From assembly GCA_030680575.1 (NCBI GenBank), contig JAUXVI010000029.1, positions 63,867 through 127,866 on the forward strand: 64,000 bases of DNA, in the 5' to 3' direction. The translations under genes were made by a program, and so were the position numbers. The DNA is from Hylemonella sp. Lineage in GTDB: Bacteria; Pseudomonadota; Gammaproteobacteria; Burkholderiales; Burkholderiaceae_C. Under the pieces are notes generated by a model. The model was not told where the DNA came from and did not search any database. It saw only the letters and a program-made list of their open reading frames with translations. Shown here piece by piece: positions 19,077 to 29,717 of this stretch (its first letter is position 1; each line of letters begins with the position of its first letter).

Positions 19077-20015
19077 GTGGGCAAGCAACTCGATACCGCG
19101 GCCAAGGGCGTGTACCTGATCGCCGTGACTCCCTTCACAGAAAGCGGCGCGCTGGACCTGGCGAGCACCGACCGCATGGTGGATTTCTGTCTGGAAAAGG
19201 GTGTGACCGGCCTGACCGTGCTGGGCATCATGGGCGAGGCCACCAAGCTCACCATGGAGGAGTCGCGTACCTTCGTCAAACAGGTGCTGGCCCGCGTGGC
19301 TGGCCGCGTGCCGGTGGTGGTGGGCGCCTCGGCGCCCGGCTTTGCGCCCATGCGCGAGCTCACGCAAAGCGTGATGGATCTTGGCGCCGCCGGTGTGATG
19401 GTGGCGCCACCCTCGACCGTGCGCACCGACGACCAGATCACGGCCTACTTCGACATGGTCAACGAAACCCTGGGCCCGGACGTGCCCTGGGTACTGCAGG
19501 ACCATCCGGTCTCGACCGGTGTGCAGATGTCCACCGGCGTCATCCTGAAGATTTTGAAGAACTCGCCCACCTGCGTCATGCTCAAGCATGAGGACTGCCC
19601 GGGCCTGGCCAAGCTCTCGGCCATTCGAGCCGCCAGCGACAAGGGCGAACTCAAGCGCATTTCCATCCTCACCGGCAACGGCGGCGGCCTGTTCCTGCCG
19701 GAAGAGCTGACGCGCGGCGCCGACGGTGCCATGACCGGCTTCGCCTACCCGGAGATGATGGTGGATGTGTGTGCGGCACACGCGGCTGGCGACATTGAGC
19801 GCGCCCATGACCTGTTCGACGCCTACCTGCCGCTGGCGCGCTATGAACAACAGGCCGGTATCGGGCTGGCTGTGCGCAAGCACATCCTGTGGAAACGCGG
19901 TGTCATTGCTTCCGAGGCGGTGCGCAAGCCGGGGCCGAAGTTGTCGGCGCAGGATGTGGCCGACATTGCGCGTCTGACGGCGCGGCAGACCAAACGTTTG
20001 GCCGAGCTGGGCTGA
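19077..20015 (+). CDS. Dihydrodipicolinate synthase/N-acetylneuraminate lyase family (class I aldolase) protein
   Basis: The sequence GVYLIAVTPFTESGALDL...GLTVLGIMGEATKLT has a DapA-family signature. The GTG at 19077 follows GGAG. The ATG at 19008 is an alternative start. Confidence 0.75.
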   Translation: MGKQLDTAAKGVYLIAVTPFTESGALDLASTDRMVDFCLEKGVTGLTVLGIMGEATKLTMEESRTFVKQVLARVAGRVPVVVGASAPGFAPMRELTQSVMDLGAAGVMVAPPSTVRTDDQITAYFDMVNETLGPDVPWVLQDHPVSTGVQMSTGVILKILKNSPTCVMLKHEDCPGLAKLSAIRAASDKGELKRISILTGNGGGLFLPEELTRGADGAMTGFAYPEMMVDVCAAHAAGDIERAHDLFDAYLPLARYEQQAGIGLAVRKHILWKRGVIASEAVRKPGPKLSAQDVADIARLTARQTKRLAELG

Positions 20016-20026
20016 GGTCGCAGGCC

Positions 20027-20527
20027 ATGGACCTGACGCTGCACAAGGGGTATCTGCCAGGCTGCATCGGCCGCATCACGGAGTTGCATGCGCGTTTCTA
20101 TGCTGTGCACACCGGCTTCGGGGTGTACTTCGAGAGCAAAGTGGCGCGCGAGCTGGCGGCTTTCTGCGAGCGCTACGACGAAACGCGCGATGGCCTGTGG
20201 CTGGCGTTGCTGGATGGCCAGGTGGAAGGTGCCATCGTGATCGATGGTGTGCATGCCGATACAGAGGGTGCCCACCTGCGCTGGTTTATCACTTCGGAGC
20301 GCTTGCGCGGAACGGGCGCCGGCAGCCGCTTGCTGACAGAGGCCATGGCCTTCTGCGATGCGCATGGCTATTGCAAGACCTACCTCTGGACTTTCGACGG
20401 TCTGCAGGCGGCACGCCATCTCTACGAAAAACACGGCTTTGGCCTGGTGCAACAGCAGCCGGGACAGCAATGGGGCAGCGAAGTGTTGGAGCAGCGCTTC
20501 GAGCGCCTGGCTCCAAGCGGCAACTAG
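20027..20527 (+). CDS. GNAT family N-acetyltransferase
   Basis: The acetyl-CoA binding-like segment is RLRGTGAGSRLLTEAM. The C-terminal motif AARHLYEKHGF is typical of GNAT proteins. Confidence 0.7.
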   Translation: MDLTLHKGYLPGCIGRITELHARFYAVHTGFGVYFESKVARELAAFCERYDETRDGLWLALLDGQVEGAIVIDGVHADTEGAHLRWFITSERLRGTGAGSRLLTEAMAFCDAHGYCKTYLWTFDGLQAARHLYEKHGFGLVQQQPGQQWGSEVLEQRFERLAPSGN

Positions 20528-21873
20528 ACCAGCTTCTTCACCAGCACCTGCGACTTGCGGTCCCAGTTGTACTTGCGCTTGCGCGCCTCGGGCAGCCAGT
20601 CGGGGTCGACGTTCTGGAAGCCGCGCTTGAGGAACCAGTGCATGGTGCGGGTGGTGAGCACGAAGATGCTCTCCAGTCCCATGGCGCGGGCGCGCTGCTC
20701 GACGCGCTTCAAGACCTTCTCGCCGTCACCCTGGCCCTGCGAATCGGGTGACACCGTGAGCGCGGCCATCTCGGCCGTCCTGGCCTCAGGGTAGGGGTAG
20801 AGCGCCGCGCAGGCAAAGATCACGCCGTCGTGCTCGATGATGGTGTAGTTACCGATATCGCGCTCGATCTCGGTGCGGCTGCGCTTGACCAGGGTGCCGT
20901 CTTTCTCGAACGGCTCGATCAGCTGCAGGATGCCGCCCACGTCGTCCGGCGTTGCTTCGCGCAACTCCTCCAGCTTTTCGTCCACCACCATGGTGCCGAT
21001 GCCGTCGTGCACATAGACCTCCAGCAGCAGCGAACCGTCCACCGCAAAGGGAATGATGTGGCTGCGCTCCACGCCGGCCTTGCAGGCCTTGACGCAGTGC
21101 TGCAGGTAGAAAGCCGTGTCGGTGGGCAGGGTGGCGTTGGGCAGTGCGGTCAGCAGCTTCTCGGCGGCGGCCAGCGGCAGCTCGGTGTCGATGGGGTTGT
21201 CTTCACTCTCCGGCTCGGTGGCACGGATGCGGATGCCCGGGATTTCGGAGACGAAGATCAACTTGTCGGCCTGCAGCGCAGTGGCCACACTGGTGGCGAC
21301 TTCTTCCATGGTCAGGTTGAAAGCCTCGCCGGTGGGCGAGAAACCAAAGGGCGAGAGCAGCACCATGGCGCCCATGTCCAGCGTGCGGGTGATGCCGGCC
21401 ACGTCCACCTTGCGCACCAGGCCGGAGTGCTGGAAGTCCACGCCGTCGACGATGCCCACCGGGCGCGCCGTGATGAAGTTGCCCGAGATCACACGTACCG
21501 TGGCGCCGGCCATCGGCGTATTGGGCAGGCCCTGGCTGAAGGCGGCTTCGATCTCGTAACGCAGTTGGCCGGCAGCCTCCTGCGCACAGTCCAGCGCAAT
21601 CTCGTCGGTGATGCGCATGCCGTGCGAGTATTTGGGCGCATGGCCCTTGGCCCGGAGCTGCTCGTTCACCTGCGGCCGAAAGCCGTGCACCAGCACGATC
21701 TTCACGCCCATGCTCTGGATCAGCGCCAGGTCCTGCGCAATGAGGTGCAGCTTGCCGGCAGCAATGGCCTCGCCGCACACGCCCACCACGAAGGTCTTGC
21801 CGCGGTGCATGTGGATGTAGGGCGCCACCGAACGGAACCAGGGCACAAAAGTGAAGTTGAAAACGGTGGACAT
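20524..21873 (-). CDS. argA: Amino-acid N-acetyltransferase (N-acetylglutamate synthase) ArgA
   Basis: 449 aa, starting MSTVFNFTFVPWFRSVAPYIHMHRGKTFVV. It has an amino-acid-kinase-fold N-domain plus a C-terminal GNAT domain (QGQGDGEKVL). The longer track ORF extending to 22122 is unsupported. Confidence 0.85.
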   Translation of the reverse strand: MSTVFNFTFVPWFRSVAPYIHMHRGKTFVVGVCGEAIAAGKLHLIAQDLALIQSMGVKIVLVHGFRPQVNEQLRAKGHAPKYSHGMRITDEIALDCAQEAAGQLRYEIEAAFSQGLPNTPMAGATVRVISGNFITARPVGIVDGVDFQHSGLVRKVDVAGITRTLDMGAMVLLSPFGFSPTGEAFNLTMEEVATSVATALQADKLIFVSEIPGIRIRATEPESEDNPIDTELPLAAAEKLLTALPNATLPTDTAFYLQHCVKACKAGVERSHIIPFAVDGSLLLEVYVHDGIGTMVVDEKLEELREATPDDVGGILQLIEPFEKDGTLVKRSRTEIERDIGNYTIIEHDGVIFACAALYPYPEARTAEMAALTVSPDSQGQGDGEKVLKRVEQRARAMGLESIFVLTTRTMHWFLKRGFQNVDPDWLPEARKRKYNWDRKSQVLVKKLV

Positions 21874-21922
21874 GCGCGCTTGAAAGAGAAAAGGGCGAAC
21901 CAGTCTGGTGAGACTGGGATAA

Positions 21923-24900
21923 TTGGCAATTCTCCATGAAGTTAGCGCCTTGAGTCCCGTTCCTCTGAAAATCGAGTTCCCCGAATCGCTGCCGGTGTCG
22001 GCTAAACGCGACGAGATCACGGCCGCGCTGGAAAAGCACCAGGTCATCATCGTCTGCGGCGAAACCGGTTCGGGCAAAACCACGCAGCTGCCCAAGATCG
22101 CCCTGGCCATGGGCCGGGGCAAGCTGAATTACCCGGCCGGAACACGCGCCAAGCTCATTGGCCACACCCAGCCGCGCCGTATTGCCGCCAGCTCGGTGGC
22201 CAAACGCATTGCCGAAGAGCTGCAGACGCCACTGGGCGAGGTAGTGGGTTACAAGGTGCGTTTCCAGGACCGCCTGTCCAAGGACGCCTCGGTCAAGCTG
22301 ATGACCGACGGCATCCTGCTGGCCGAGACGCAGACCGACCCGCTACTGCAGGCCTACGACACCATCATCATCGACGAGGCGCACGAGCGCAGCCTCAACA
22401 TCGACTTCCTGCTCGGTTACCTGCGCCAGATTCTGCCGCGACGGCCGGATTTGAAGATCGTCGTCACCTCGGCCACCATCGATGCTGACCGCTTTGCCCA
22501 GCATTTCGCGAGTTCCAAGGGCCCGGCACCAGTGATCATGGTCTCGGGCCGCACCTTCCCAGTGGAGCAACGCTGGCGTCCGTTTGAGGAGAGTCGCGAA
22601 TTCGATCTGCATGATGCGATTGCCAGTGCGGTGGATGAACTCTGGACCGGACATGCCGCGGGCGACATCCTGGTTTTCCTGCCGGGCGAGCGTGAAATCC
22701 GCGAGGCCGCCGACCATTTGCGCCGCCACCTGAGCCAGCATGCGGTGACGCGCAACGCCGAAGTGCTGCCGCTGTTCGCCCGCCTGAGCCAGGCCGAGCA
22801 GGACCGAATTTTTGACAGCCACAACGGCCGGCGCATCGTGCTGGCGACCAACGTGGCCGAAACCTCGCTCACGGTGCCAGGCATCCGATACGTCATCGAC
22901 GCCGGTACCGCGCGCGTGAAGCGCTACAGTTTCCGTAGCAAGGTGGAGCAGTTGCTGGTCGAGCCGATCAGCCAGGCCGCCGCCAACCAGCGCGCCGGCC
23001 GCTGCGGCCGTGTGGCCAACGGCATCTGCATCCGCCTCTACGACGAAAAGGACTTCGCCGACCGCGCCCGTTTCACCGACCCCGAGATCCTGCGCTCCTC
23101 ACTCGCCGGTGTCATCCTGCGCATGAAGTCACTGCACCTCGGTGTGGTGGAGGACTTCCCTTTCATCGAAGCGCCTTCCGGCCGCGCCATTGCCGACGGC
23201 TACCAACTGCTGGCCGAACTCGGTGCCGTGGACGAGAGCAACGAGCTGACGCCGCTGGGCCAAGAGTTGGCCCGCCTGCCGCTGGACCCGCGTGTCGGCC
23301 GCATGATCCTGGAGGCCAGAAGCCGCCAGGCGCTGGACGAGGTGCTGGTGATTGCCTCGGCCCTGTCGGTGCAGGACGTGCGTGACCGCCCGATGGAGGC
23401 GCAGGCCCAGGCCGACCAGGCGCACGCCAAGTTCGACGACGAGAAGAGCGAGTTCACCGGCTACCTCAAGCTGTGGAAATGGATCCACGACGCCCGGGGC
23501 GACAAGCACGCGCACCCGGCCGGCGCCGCGGGCACGCACAAACTGAGCAACCGCCAGTACGAGCAGTTGCTGCGGCAGAACTTCGTCAACATCCGCCGCG
23601 TGCGCGAATGGCGCGACATCCACAGTCAGTTGCACACGGTGGTGGCTGAACACAAATGGCGCCTCAACACAGTGCCTGCGAGCTACGAGCAGATTCACCT
23701 CTCCATGTTGTCTGGCCTGCTGGGCAACGTCGGCTGCAAGCTGGAGGAAGAAGCCGCTTCGGGCGAATACCTGGGCGCGCGCGGCATCAAGTTCCACCGC
23801 CACCCCGGTGCCCACCTGAGCAAGAAGCCTGGGCGCTGGATCGTGGTGGCCGAGCTGGTGGAAACCACGCGCCTGTTCGGTCGCGGCATCGCCGCCATTG
23901 AACCGCAATGGATCGAGCAGGTGGCTGGCCACATTCTCAAGAAACAGTTGCTTGACCCGCATTGGGAGAAAAAGGCCGCCGAGGTGGTGGCGCTGGAGCG
24001 CGCCACGCTCTACGGCATCGTGGTCTACAGCGGCCGGCGCACCAACTTCGGCCGCGTCGACCCGCGCGCGGCACGTGAGATCTTCATCCGCGAAGCGCTG
24101 GTGGACGGCGAGTGGGAAACCAAGCTGCCTTTCCTGGCCGCCAACCAGAAGCTGGTGCGGCAGGTGGAGGAGCTGGAACACAAGTCGCGCCGGCAGGACG
24201 TGCTGGTGGACGACGAGCTGATCTACGCCTTTTACGACCAGCAGCTGCCGGCCACAGTCTGCAGCGGTTATGAGTGCGAACGCTGGTACCGCGAGGAAAG
24301 CAAAAAGAACCCGCAGCTCCTGCTGCTCACGCGCGAGGAGCTGATGCGGCACGAGGCGGCCGGCATCACCACCAGCGCTTTTCCCAAGACGATTCGCTTG
24401 GGGGGCGTCGACTGCGCGGCCACCTACCTGCACGAGCCGGGTGACCCCAAGGACGGGCTGACCGTGACCGTGCCGCTGTTCGTGCTCAACCAGGTGAACG
24501 AGGAACGCTGCGAGTGGCTGGTGCCCGGCATGCTGAAGGACAAGATCCAGGCGCTGCTGAAAAGCCTGCCGCAAAAGCCGCGCAGCCGTTTCGTGCCGCT
24601 GCCGGAGTCGGCGACACGGCTGACCGAAACCCTGGGCGCGCCAGAGGCCTTCGGCCATGGCGGCCTGACCGATGCCTTGCTGAAGCAGGTGCGCGACATC
24701 ACCAGCCTCGACGTCAAGCGCGCCGACTTCAAGCTCGACATGTTGGCGCCGCACCTGTTCATGAACTTCCGCGTCGTGGACGAACACGGCCGCCAGCTCG
24801 GCACCGGGCGCAATCTGGGCGCCTTGAAGGCCGAGCTCGGTGCCCAGGCGCGCGGCGCCTTCCAGGCCCTGGCCGGCTTGAAGCTGGCCAGTCCGGCCAC

Positions 24901-25852
24901 CCCGGGTTCAGGGCCAAATCAGGCTCCAGCCCAGGTGAATACTGTGCAACGCGCTCCTGAAAAAGGAGCAAAAACCGCGCCCGCGAAGCCCGCCACGCCG
25001 GCCGAGCAGCGCTACATCGCCTGGACCTTCGGCGAACTGCCGGAGCTGATGGAGATCCGCAAGGGCGGCCAGACACTGATCGGCTTCCCGGCGCTGATCG
25101 ACCAGGGCGATGCGGTCAGCATCGAGGTGTTCGACGAGCCCGAGGTGGCCGCAGCCAAACACCGCGCCGGCCTGCGCCGCCTCTTTGCGCTGCAGATCAA
25201 GGACGCGCTCAAGTACCTGGAAAAGAACATCCCCGACCTGCAGAAGATGGCGGTGGCCTACATGGCGCTCGGCACCCTGGAGGAGTTGCGCCAGCAGATC
25301 ATCGACGTGGCACTCGATCGCGCCTTCCTGCTCGACCCCTTGCCGGCCGACGAGTTCGACTTTAAGCGCCGGCTCGACGAAGGACGCGGACGCCTGACGC
25401 TGATCGCCAACGAGGTGGCGCGTCTGGCGGGGGTGATCCTGGCCGAGTACGCGGTGGCGGCACGCAAGATCAAGGACACGAAAAACGCGCCAGAGGCGAC
25501 GGCTGACTGCAGCCAGCAGCTGCAGCGCCTAATGCCAAAACGCTTCATCGCGCTCACGCCCTGGCCGCAGCTGCAGCACTTTGCGCGTTACCTGAAAGCC
25601 ATCACGCTGCGGCTGGAGAAATACCGCGCCGACCCGGCACGCGACGCCAGCCGCCTGACCGAACTGCGACCGCAAGAACAGCGCTATTGGCGCCTGGTGG
25701 CTGAGCGCAAGGGCGTGATGGACGAGCGCCTGCAGGAATTCCGCTGGCTGCTGGAGGAACTGCGCGTGAGCTTCTTCGCCCAGGAACTGCGCACGCCGCA
25801 GCCGGTGAGCATCAAGCGCCTTGACAAAGCTTGGCAGCAGCTGAACAGCTGA
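21923..25852 (+). CDS. hrpA: ATP-dependent RNA helicase HrpA (DEAH-box)
   Basis: It has GETGSGKTTQLPK and DEAHERS motifs and helicase-associated and OB domains. The length of 1309 aa is typical of HrpA. Confidence 0.9.
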   Translation: MAILHEVSALSPVPLKIEFPESLPVSAKRDEITAALEKHQVIIVCGETGSGKTTQLPKIALAMGRGKLNYPAGTRAKLIGHTQPRRIAASSVAKRIAEELQTPLGEVVGYKVRFQDRLSKDASVKLMTDGILLAETQTDPLLQAYDTIIIDEAHERSLNIDFLLGYLRQILPRRPDLKIVVTSATIDADRFAQHFASSKGPAPVIMVSGRTFPVEQRWRPFEESREFDLHDAIASAVDELWTGHAAGDILVFLPGEREIREAADHLRRHLSQHAVTRNAEVLPLFARLSQAEQDRIFDSHNGRRIVLATNVAETSLTVPGIRYVIDAGTARVKRYSFRSKVEQLLVEPISQAAANQRAGRCGRVANGICIRLYDEKDFADRARFTDPEILRSSLAGVILRMKSLHLGVVEDFPFIEAPSGRAIADGYQLLAELGAVDESNELTPLGQELARLPLDPRVGRMILEARSRQALDEVLVIASALSVQDVRDRPMEAQAQADQAHAKFDDEKSEFTGYLKLWKWIHDARGDKHAHPAGAAGTHKLSNRQYEQLLRQNFVNIRRVREWRDIHSQLHTVVAEHKWRLNTVPASYEQIHLSMLSGLLGNVGCKLEEEAASGEYLGARGIKFHRHPGAHLSKKPGRWIVVAELVETTRLFGRGIAAIEPQWIEQVAGHILKKQLLDPHWEKKAAEVVALERATLYGIVVYSGRRTNFGRVDPRAAREIFIREALVDGEWETKLPFLAANQKLVRQVEELEHKSRRQDVLVDDELIYAFYDQQLPATVCSGYECERWYREESKKNPQLLLLTREELMRHEAAGITTSAFPKTIRLGGVDCAATYLHEPGDPKDGLTVTVPLFVLNQVNEERCEWLVPGMLKDKIQALLKSLPQKPRSRFVPLPESATRLTETLGAPEAFGHGGLTDALLKQVRDITSLDVKRADFKLDMLAPHLFMNFRVVDEHGRQLGTGRNLGALKAELGAQARGAFQALAGLKLASPATPGSGPNQAPAQVNTVQRAPEKGAKTAPAKPATPAEQRYIAWTFGELPELMEIRKGGQTLIGFPALIDQGDAVSIEVFDEPEVAAAKHRAGLRRLFALQIKDALKYLEKNIPDLQKMAVAYMALGTLEELRQQIIDVALDRAFLLDPLPADEFDFKRRLDEGRGRLTLIANEVARLAGVILAEYAVAARKIKDTKNAPEATADCSQQLQRLMPKRFIALTPWPQLQHFARYLKAITLRLEKYRADPARDASRLTELRPQEQRYWRLVAERKGVMDERLQEFRWLLEELRVSFFAQELRTPQPVSIKRLDKAWQQLNS

Positions 25853-25913
25853 TGCCAAGCTTTGCAGCGTAGGCTCATATGGCCGCAGGCCATGTGATGC
25901 CGGGGCTACAAGG

Positions 25914-25941
25914 CCTGGGTCGGCCGTCAGGCCGACCCAGG
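25914..25941. terminator. Strong GC hairpin between convergent hrpA and the efflux ATPase gene (possible bidirectional terminator)
   Basis: The sequence cctgggtcggcc-gtca-ggccgacccagg forms a perfect 12-bp stem. No clear U-tract follows. Confidence 0.45.
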
Positions 25942-25986
25942 GCGACAGCCCGGCAGCAGCTCACCAGTTAAGCCGCAATTCTTGCG

Positions 25987-26694
25987 TCACAGGGCGAGAC
26001 CTTCGCCCGCCTCCTCGTAGGTCCGCCCATCCCGGATGTGATAGATGCGCTTGAAGGTCGGGATGATCTTCTCGTCATGCGTGACCACGATGATGGCGGT
26101 GCGGTACTGCTGGGCCATCTGGTTCAGGATGCGCATGACACCCAGCGCGCGTTCGCTGTCCAGCGGCGCCGTGGGCTCGTCGGCCAGGATCACCGGCGGC
26201 TGGTTGGCCAGGGCCCGGGCAATCGCCACGCGCTGCTGTTCACCACCCGAGAGTTGCGAGGGTTCGGCCGCGGCGCGATGCGCCACGTCCAGTGCTTGCA
26301 GCAGCTCGCGGGCACGGGCACGGGCTTTGCCGTTGGGCTGGCCGGCCAGCATGGGCAGCAGGGCCACGTTGTCGGTCACGTCCAGGAAGGGGATCAGGTA
26401 GGGCGCCTGGAAGACAAAACCGATGCTGTCACGCCGCAGCGCACGCAGGTCGCGGAAGGTCCAACCGTTGTCGTAGATGGTCTGGCTGCCCAGCGTCATG
26501 CGCCCGGCCGTGGGCTCGATGATCGCGCCCAGGCACTTGAGCAGGGTGCTCTTGCCCGAGCCGGAGGGGCCGATCAGGCCCACCACCTCGCCCGGCGCCA
26601 CGCTCATGTTCACGTCCTTGAGCGCGTGCACGGCGGCGTCGCCTTCGCCGTAGCGCTTGCTCAGGCCTTCGATGCGGATGCCCAGTTCACTCAT
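25987..26694 (-). CDS. ABC transporter ATP-binding protein (MacB/DevA/LolD-type)
   Basis: Motifs present: Walker [10 protein letters not shown], signature [15 protein letters not shown] and Walker [12 protein letters not shown]. Confidence 0.85.
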   Translation of the reverse strand: MSELGIRIEGLSKRYGEGDAAVHALKDVNMSVAPGEVVGLIGPSGSGKSTLLKCLGAIIEPTAGRMTLGSQTIYDNGWTFRDLRALRRDSIGFVFQAPYLIPFLDVTDNVALLPMLAGQPNGKARARARELLQALDVAHRAAAEPSQLSGGEQQRVAIARALANQPPVILADEPTAPLDSERALGVMRILNQMAQQYRTAIIVVTHDEKIIPTFKRIYHIRDGRTYEEAGEGLAL

Positions 26695-26703
26695 GATCTG
26701 TCC

Positions 26704-27894
26704 TTAGCCAATCGCAGCGCCGGGGTCGACCCGCAACGCCACGCGGATGGCCAGCGTGCTGGCCAGGGCGCAGATCACCATCACGGCGATCAGGCCGCGC
26801 ACGGCGTCGCCGGTCTCCAGCAGTACGTACTTGGGAAAGAAGGGCGCCCACACGGTGGCCGCCGTCTTGCCCACGATGAAGCCGATCAGGCCCAGGCCCA
26901 GGGCCTGCTGCAGGATCATGCCGGCGATGGTGCGGTTGCGGGTGCCAATGAGCTTGAGCACGGCAATCTCGCGCAGCTTGCCCAGGGTCATGGTGTAGAT
27001 GATGAAGGCCACGATCGCCGCGCTAACGATGGCCAGGATCACCAGGAACATGCCGATCTGCTTGGCCGATGTAGCGATCAGCTTGGCCACCAGGATCTCC
27101 TCCATCTGCTCGCGCGTGTAGGCCTCCAGGTGTTTCCAGCGGCGGATTGGCTCGGCCACCTGTTCCGGGTGGGAGCCGGGCTGGATCTGCACCAGCACTG
27201 CGTTCACGTTGTGGTTGCTGCTTTGCGCGGCCTGTACGGCTTCCAGCAGGCCCGGCACGGCCGGGCGGTTCAGGGCCGGGTTGGCGGCGGTGCGCGCACG
27301 CTCGTTGAGGATGGCCTCGTTGTCTTTCAGAAACTGGGCCTCTTGCGCGTCGGCCAGCGGGATGAAGACCATGGGGTCCCCGCCTGAAGACACCATGCGC
27401 TGCGTCAAGCCGACCACGCGGTAGTCATGGCGGCGGATGCGGATCTGGTCGCCCAGGCGAAAACCCGTCTTCACATCGGCCACGGCTTCGTAATGGTTGC
27501 GCGTGAGCTGCCGCCCAGCCACCAGGTAGCCGGGTTCGCCCGGCTGGCCCGGCACCATGCCCACCACCATGGCGCGCACGTCCTGGCCGTCGCGTCGCAC
27601 CTGCATGGTGAAGTAGGTGACGTTGGCCGCGCGGGCCACGCCCGGCATACCCAGGATGGACCGATAGACGTCGTCGCGCAGGCTGGACGATTCGGCGTAC
27701 GGCCCCTGCGTGTCCTGCTGCACCACCCAGAGTTCGGCGCCGCTGTTGTTGAGCAGGGCGCGCGCGTCGTCCACCATGCCGCGGTAGACACCGGCCATGG
27801 TCAGCGTGACGCCGATCAGCAGGCCCAGGCCGATGCCGGTGAAGACGAACTTGGCCCAGGAGTGCAACACATCCCGGCCGGCCAGGCTGATCAT
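26704..27894 (-). CDS. ABC transporter permease, FtsX/MacB-like (DevC-type)
   Basis: It has an N-terminal TM segment, a large periplasmic domain and a C-terminal FtsX-type 3-TM bundle. It is 4-nt coupled to the adaptor gene. Confidence 0.8.
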   Translation of the reverse strand: MISLAGRDVLHSWAKFVFTGIGLGLLIGVTLTMAGVYRGMVDDARALLNNSGAELWVVQQDTQGPYAESSSLRDDVYRSILGMPGVARAANVTYFTMQVRRDGQDVRAMVVGMVPGQPGEPGYLVAGRQLTRNHYEAVADVKTGFRLGDQIRIRRHDYRVVGLTQRMVSSGGDPMVFIPLADAQEAQFLKDNEAILNERARTAANPALNRPAVPGLLEAVQAAQSSNHNVNAVLVQIQPGSHPEQVAEPIRRWKHLEAYTREQMEEILVAKLIATSAKQIGMFLVILAIVSAAIVAFIIYTMTLGKLREIAVLKLIGTRNRTIAGMILQQALGLGLIGFIVGKTAATVWAPFFPKYVLLETGDAVRGLIAVMVICALASTLAIRVALRVDPGAAIG

Positions 27895-29084
27895 CGCGCG
27901 GGCTCCATGAGTGCCGGCACCACCTTGATGCGGCTGCCGGCACTGATCTCTTTTTCGCTGTAGACAACGACTGTTGCGCCGGGCTGCAGGCCGTCGAGCA
28001 CACGCACCTGCCCATCGAGACTGGTCTCACCCAGACGCAGCGGTGCGAAGCGCAACTGGTCGTCCACCAGCAGCCAGGCACCCGCCTGACCCTGATGACG
28101 GCGAATGGCGGCGTTGGGCAGCACCAGCGAGCGCGGTGTTGCGGGTAGGCGCAAGGTGACCTCGGCCAGTTCGCCAACGGATAGCCCGGCAAACGGCTGT
28201 TCGAAGCCAATCTGCGCAATGCGTTCTTCCGTCACGCTGTCACCCTGCAGCTCCACACGAATGACCTTGCCCGCCAGCGGGCGGTGCGGCTGCGAACGCA
28301 GCACGATTTCGGCAGCCAGTCCCGGCGCCAGCCCGGCCGAACGGCCCTGGTCGAACCGCGCCTTGATCCACAGACTGGCCGGATCGATCAGCTTGAGCAC
28401 GGCTTGGCCGGCCACCACCGTGGAGCCGGGTTCGGCATCGCGCGACAGCACCACGCCGTCTTGCGTGGCCAGCAGGCGCGTATTGCGGCGCTGCTGCTGA
28501 AGGGCGGAGCGTTCGGCCTGGAGCCGGGTCAAATCCTGCGCGGCGGCAGACAGATTGGCCTGGCCAGCTCGCACCTGGGCCTCGGCCGAGAGCAGTTCCT
28601 GCTGACGGCCTTCCACCACGCCGGGGCTGACAAAGTTCTGCTGCCCCAACTCCTGGTAGCGTCGCGCATTGGCCCGGGCTAGCTCACGCCGGGCCTGGGT
28701 ATCGGCCACCTGGGCCTGTGCCGCTTCTTTCATGCTGGCCGCGCGTGCCAGCGAGGCATCGAGCGCCTCAACGCGCTGCTGTAGGTCCACCGGGTCCATC
28801 TCGGCCAGCAACTGCCCGGCCTTCACGCGGTCGCCGCCATCGACCAGTACGTGCAGCACACGGCCGGCACTGGTGGGGCCGATCAGGTAGCTGCGGCGGG
28901 CCTCCACCGTGCCGATTCCGTACAGTGCCGGTTGGATCGAGGCTTCGGTCGCGGTGACGACGGTCACGCGCACCGGTGCCAGCGGCCCGGAGCGTCGGAT
29001 GATGAAGACCAGCGCAGCCAGGAGCAGCAGGCCCATGATGCCCAGCACCAGCAGTCGTGGCGGGAGTGACTTGAGTTTTTTCAT
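27891..29084 (-). CDS. Efflux periplasmic adaptor (HlyD/MFP family)
   Basis: It has an N-terminal anchor, a lipoyl-like segment GRVLHVLVDGGDRVKAGQLLAEMDP, a long coiled-coil and a beta-barrel domain. Confidence 0.8.
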   Translation of the reverse strand: MKKLKSLPPRLLVLGIMGLLLLAALVFIIRRSGPLAPVRVTVVTATEASIQPALYGIGTVEARRSYLIGPTSAGRVLHVLVDGGDRVKAGQLLAEMDPVDLQQRVEALDASLARAASMKEAAQAQVADTQARRELARANARRYQELGQQNFVSPGVVEGRQQELLSAEAQVRAGQANLSAAAQDLTRLQAERSALQQQRRNTRLLATQDGVVLSRDAEPGSTVVAGQAVLKLIDPASLWIKARFDQGRSAGLAPGLAAEIVLRSQPHRPLAGKVIRVELQGDSVTEERIAQIGFEQPFAGLSVGELAEVTLRLPATPRSLVLPNAAIRRHQGQAGAWLLVDDQLRFAPLRLGETSLDGQVRVLDGLQPGATVVVYSEKEISAGSRIKVVPALMEPAR

Positions 29085-29689
29085 ACAGGCGTACGTAGGC
29101 TGCGCAGGTAGAGATCGAACACGCGGGGTGCTTCGGATCGCAGGGTGGAGACATGGCCGCTGAGCATGGACTGCATGACCAAGCCCTGCATGATGCCAAC
29201 GAAGAGGGTCGCCGCCGCCGGCGCATCCAGATCGGGGTCGGACTGCCCCGCCTGGATCGATTGTTTGATGAGGTTCAGCAGCAGCTGGCGATAGCTTTTC
29301 ATCAGCCCGCGCACGCTCTCTTTGAGCGGTGAGTCCGCAGGCTGCTGCAGTTCATGGAAGATCATGCGGGGTACGCCGGGATGGTGCGACACAAAGCCCA
29401 CATGCGCGTCGAACACCTTGCGCATGGCCTGCAGCGGCTCCGGGCTGGTCGCTGCGGCCGTCTGGATTTCGTGCAGCAGGTTCTCACGCACCCACTCCAT
29501 GGTGGCCAGCCAGATCGCCTCCTTGTTCTCAAAATGCTTGAACAGGGCCCCCTGGGTAACGCCGACGGATTGAGCAATGTCCGTGGTGGTGATCAGGGCC
29601 GGGCTCCGTTCCTGGGCCAGGCGCAAGGCTGCCGCGACGATTTCGGCCTGACGTGATGCCGTTGCAAGTCGTGGTGTGGAAGTAGACAT
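29081..29689 (-). CDS. TetR/AcrR family transcriptional regulator
   Basis: The N-terminal HTH is ITTTDIAQSVGVTQGALFKHFENKEAIW. I chose the ATG at 29689. The track uses an upstream TTG at 29719. Confidence 0.8.
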   Translation of the reverse strand: MSTSTPRLATASRQAEIVAAALRLAQERSPALITTTDIAQSVGVTQGALFKHFENKEAIWLATMEWVRENLLHEIQTAAATSPEPLQAMRKVFDAHVGFVSHHPGVPRMIFHELQQPADSPLKESVRGLMKSYRQLLLNLIKQSIQAGQSDPDLDAPAAATLFVGIMQGLVMQSMLSGHVSTLRSEAPRVFDLYLRSLRTPV

Positions 29690-29695
29690 GAGACC

Positions 29696-29717
29696 GGTAA
29701 GTAATAGGATACTTACC
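29696..29717. promoter_or_regulatory. Candidate TetR operator: perfect 8-bp inverted repeat GGTAAGTA-N6-TACTTACC
   Basis: The palindrome is read directly. It lies just upstream of the tetR ATG, in the divergent region shared with the DMT transporter gene. Confidence 0.45.

Noticed and set aside
23129-24787. A 552-aa minus-strand ORF inside hrpA. Similar long shadows occur at 26038-27387, 828-2108, 2921-4372, 46838-48217, 59440-60759, 41733-43073 and elsewhere.
   Set aside because: All lie antisense or out of frame to confidently identified genes and lack recognisable domains. They are artefacts of stop-codon scarcity in high-GC DNA.
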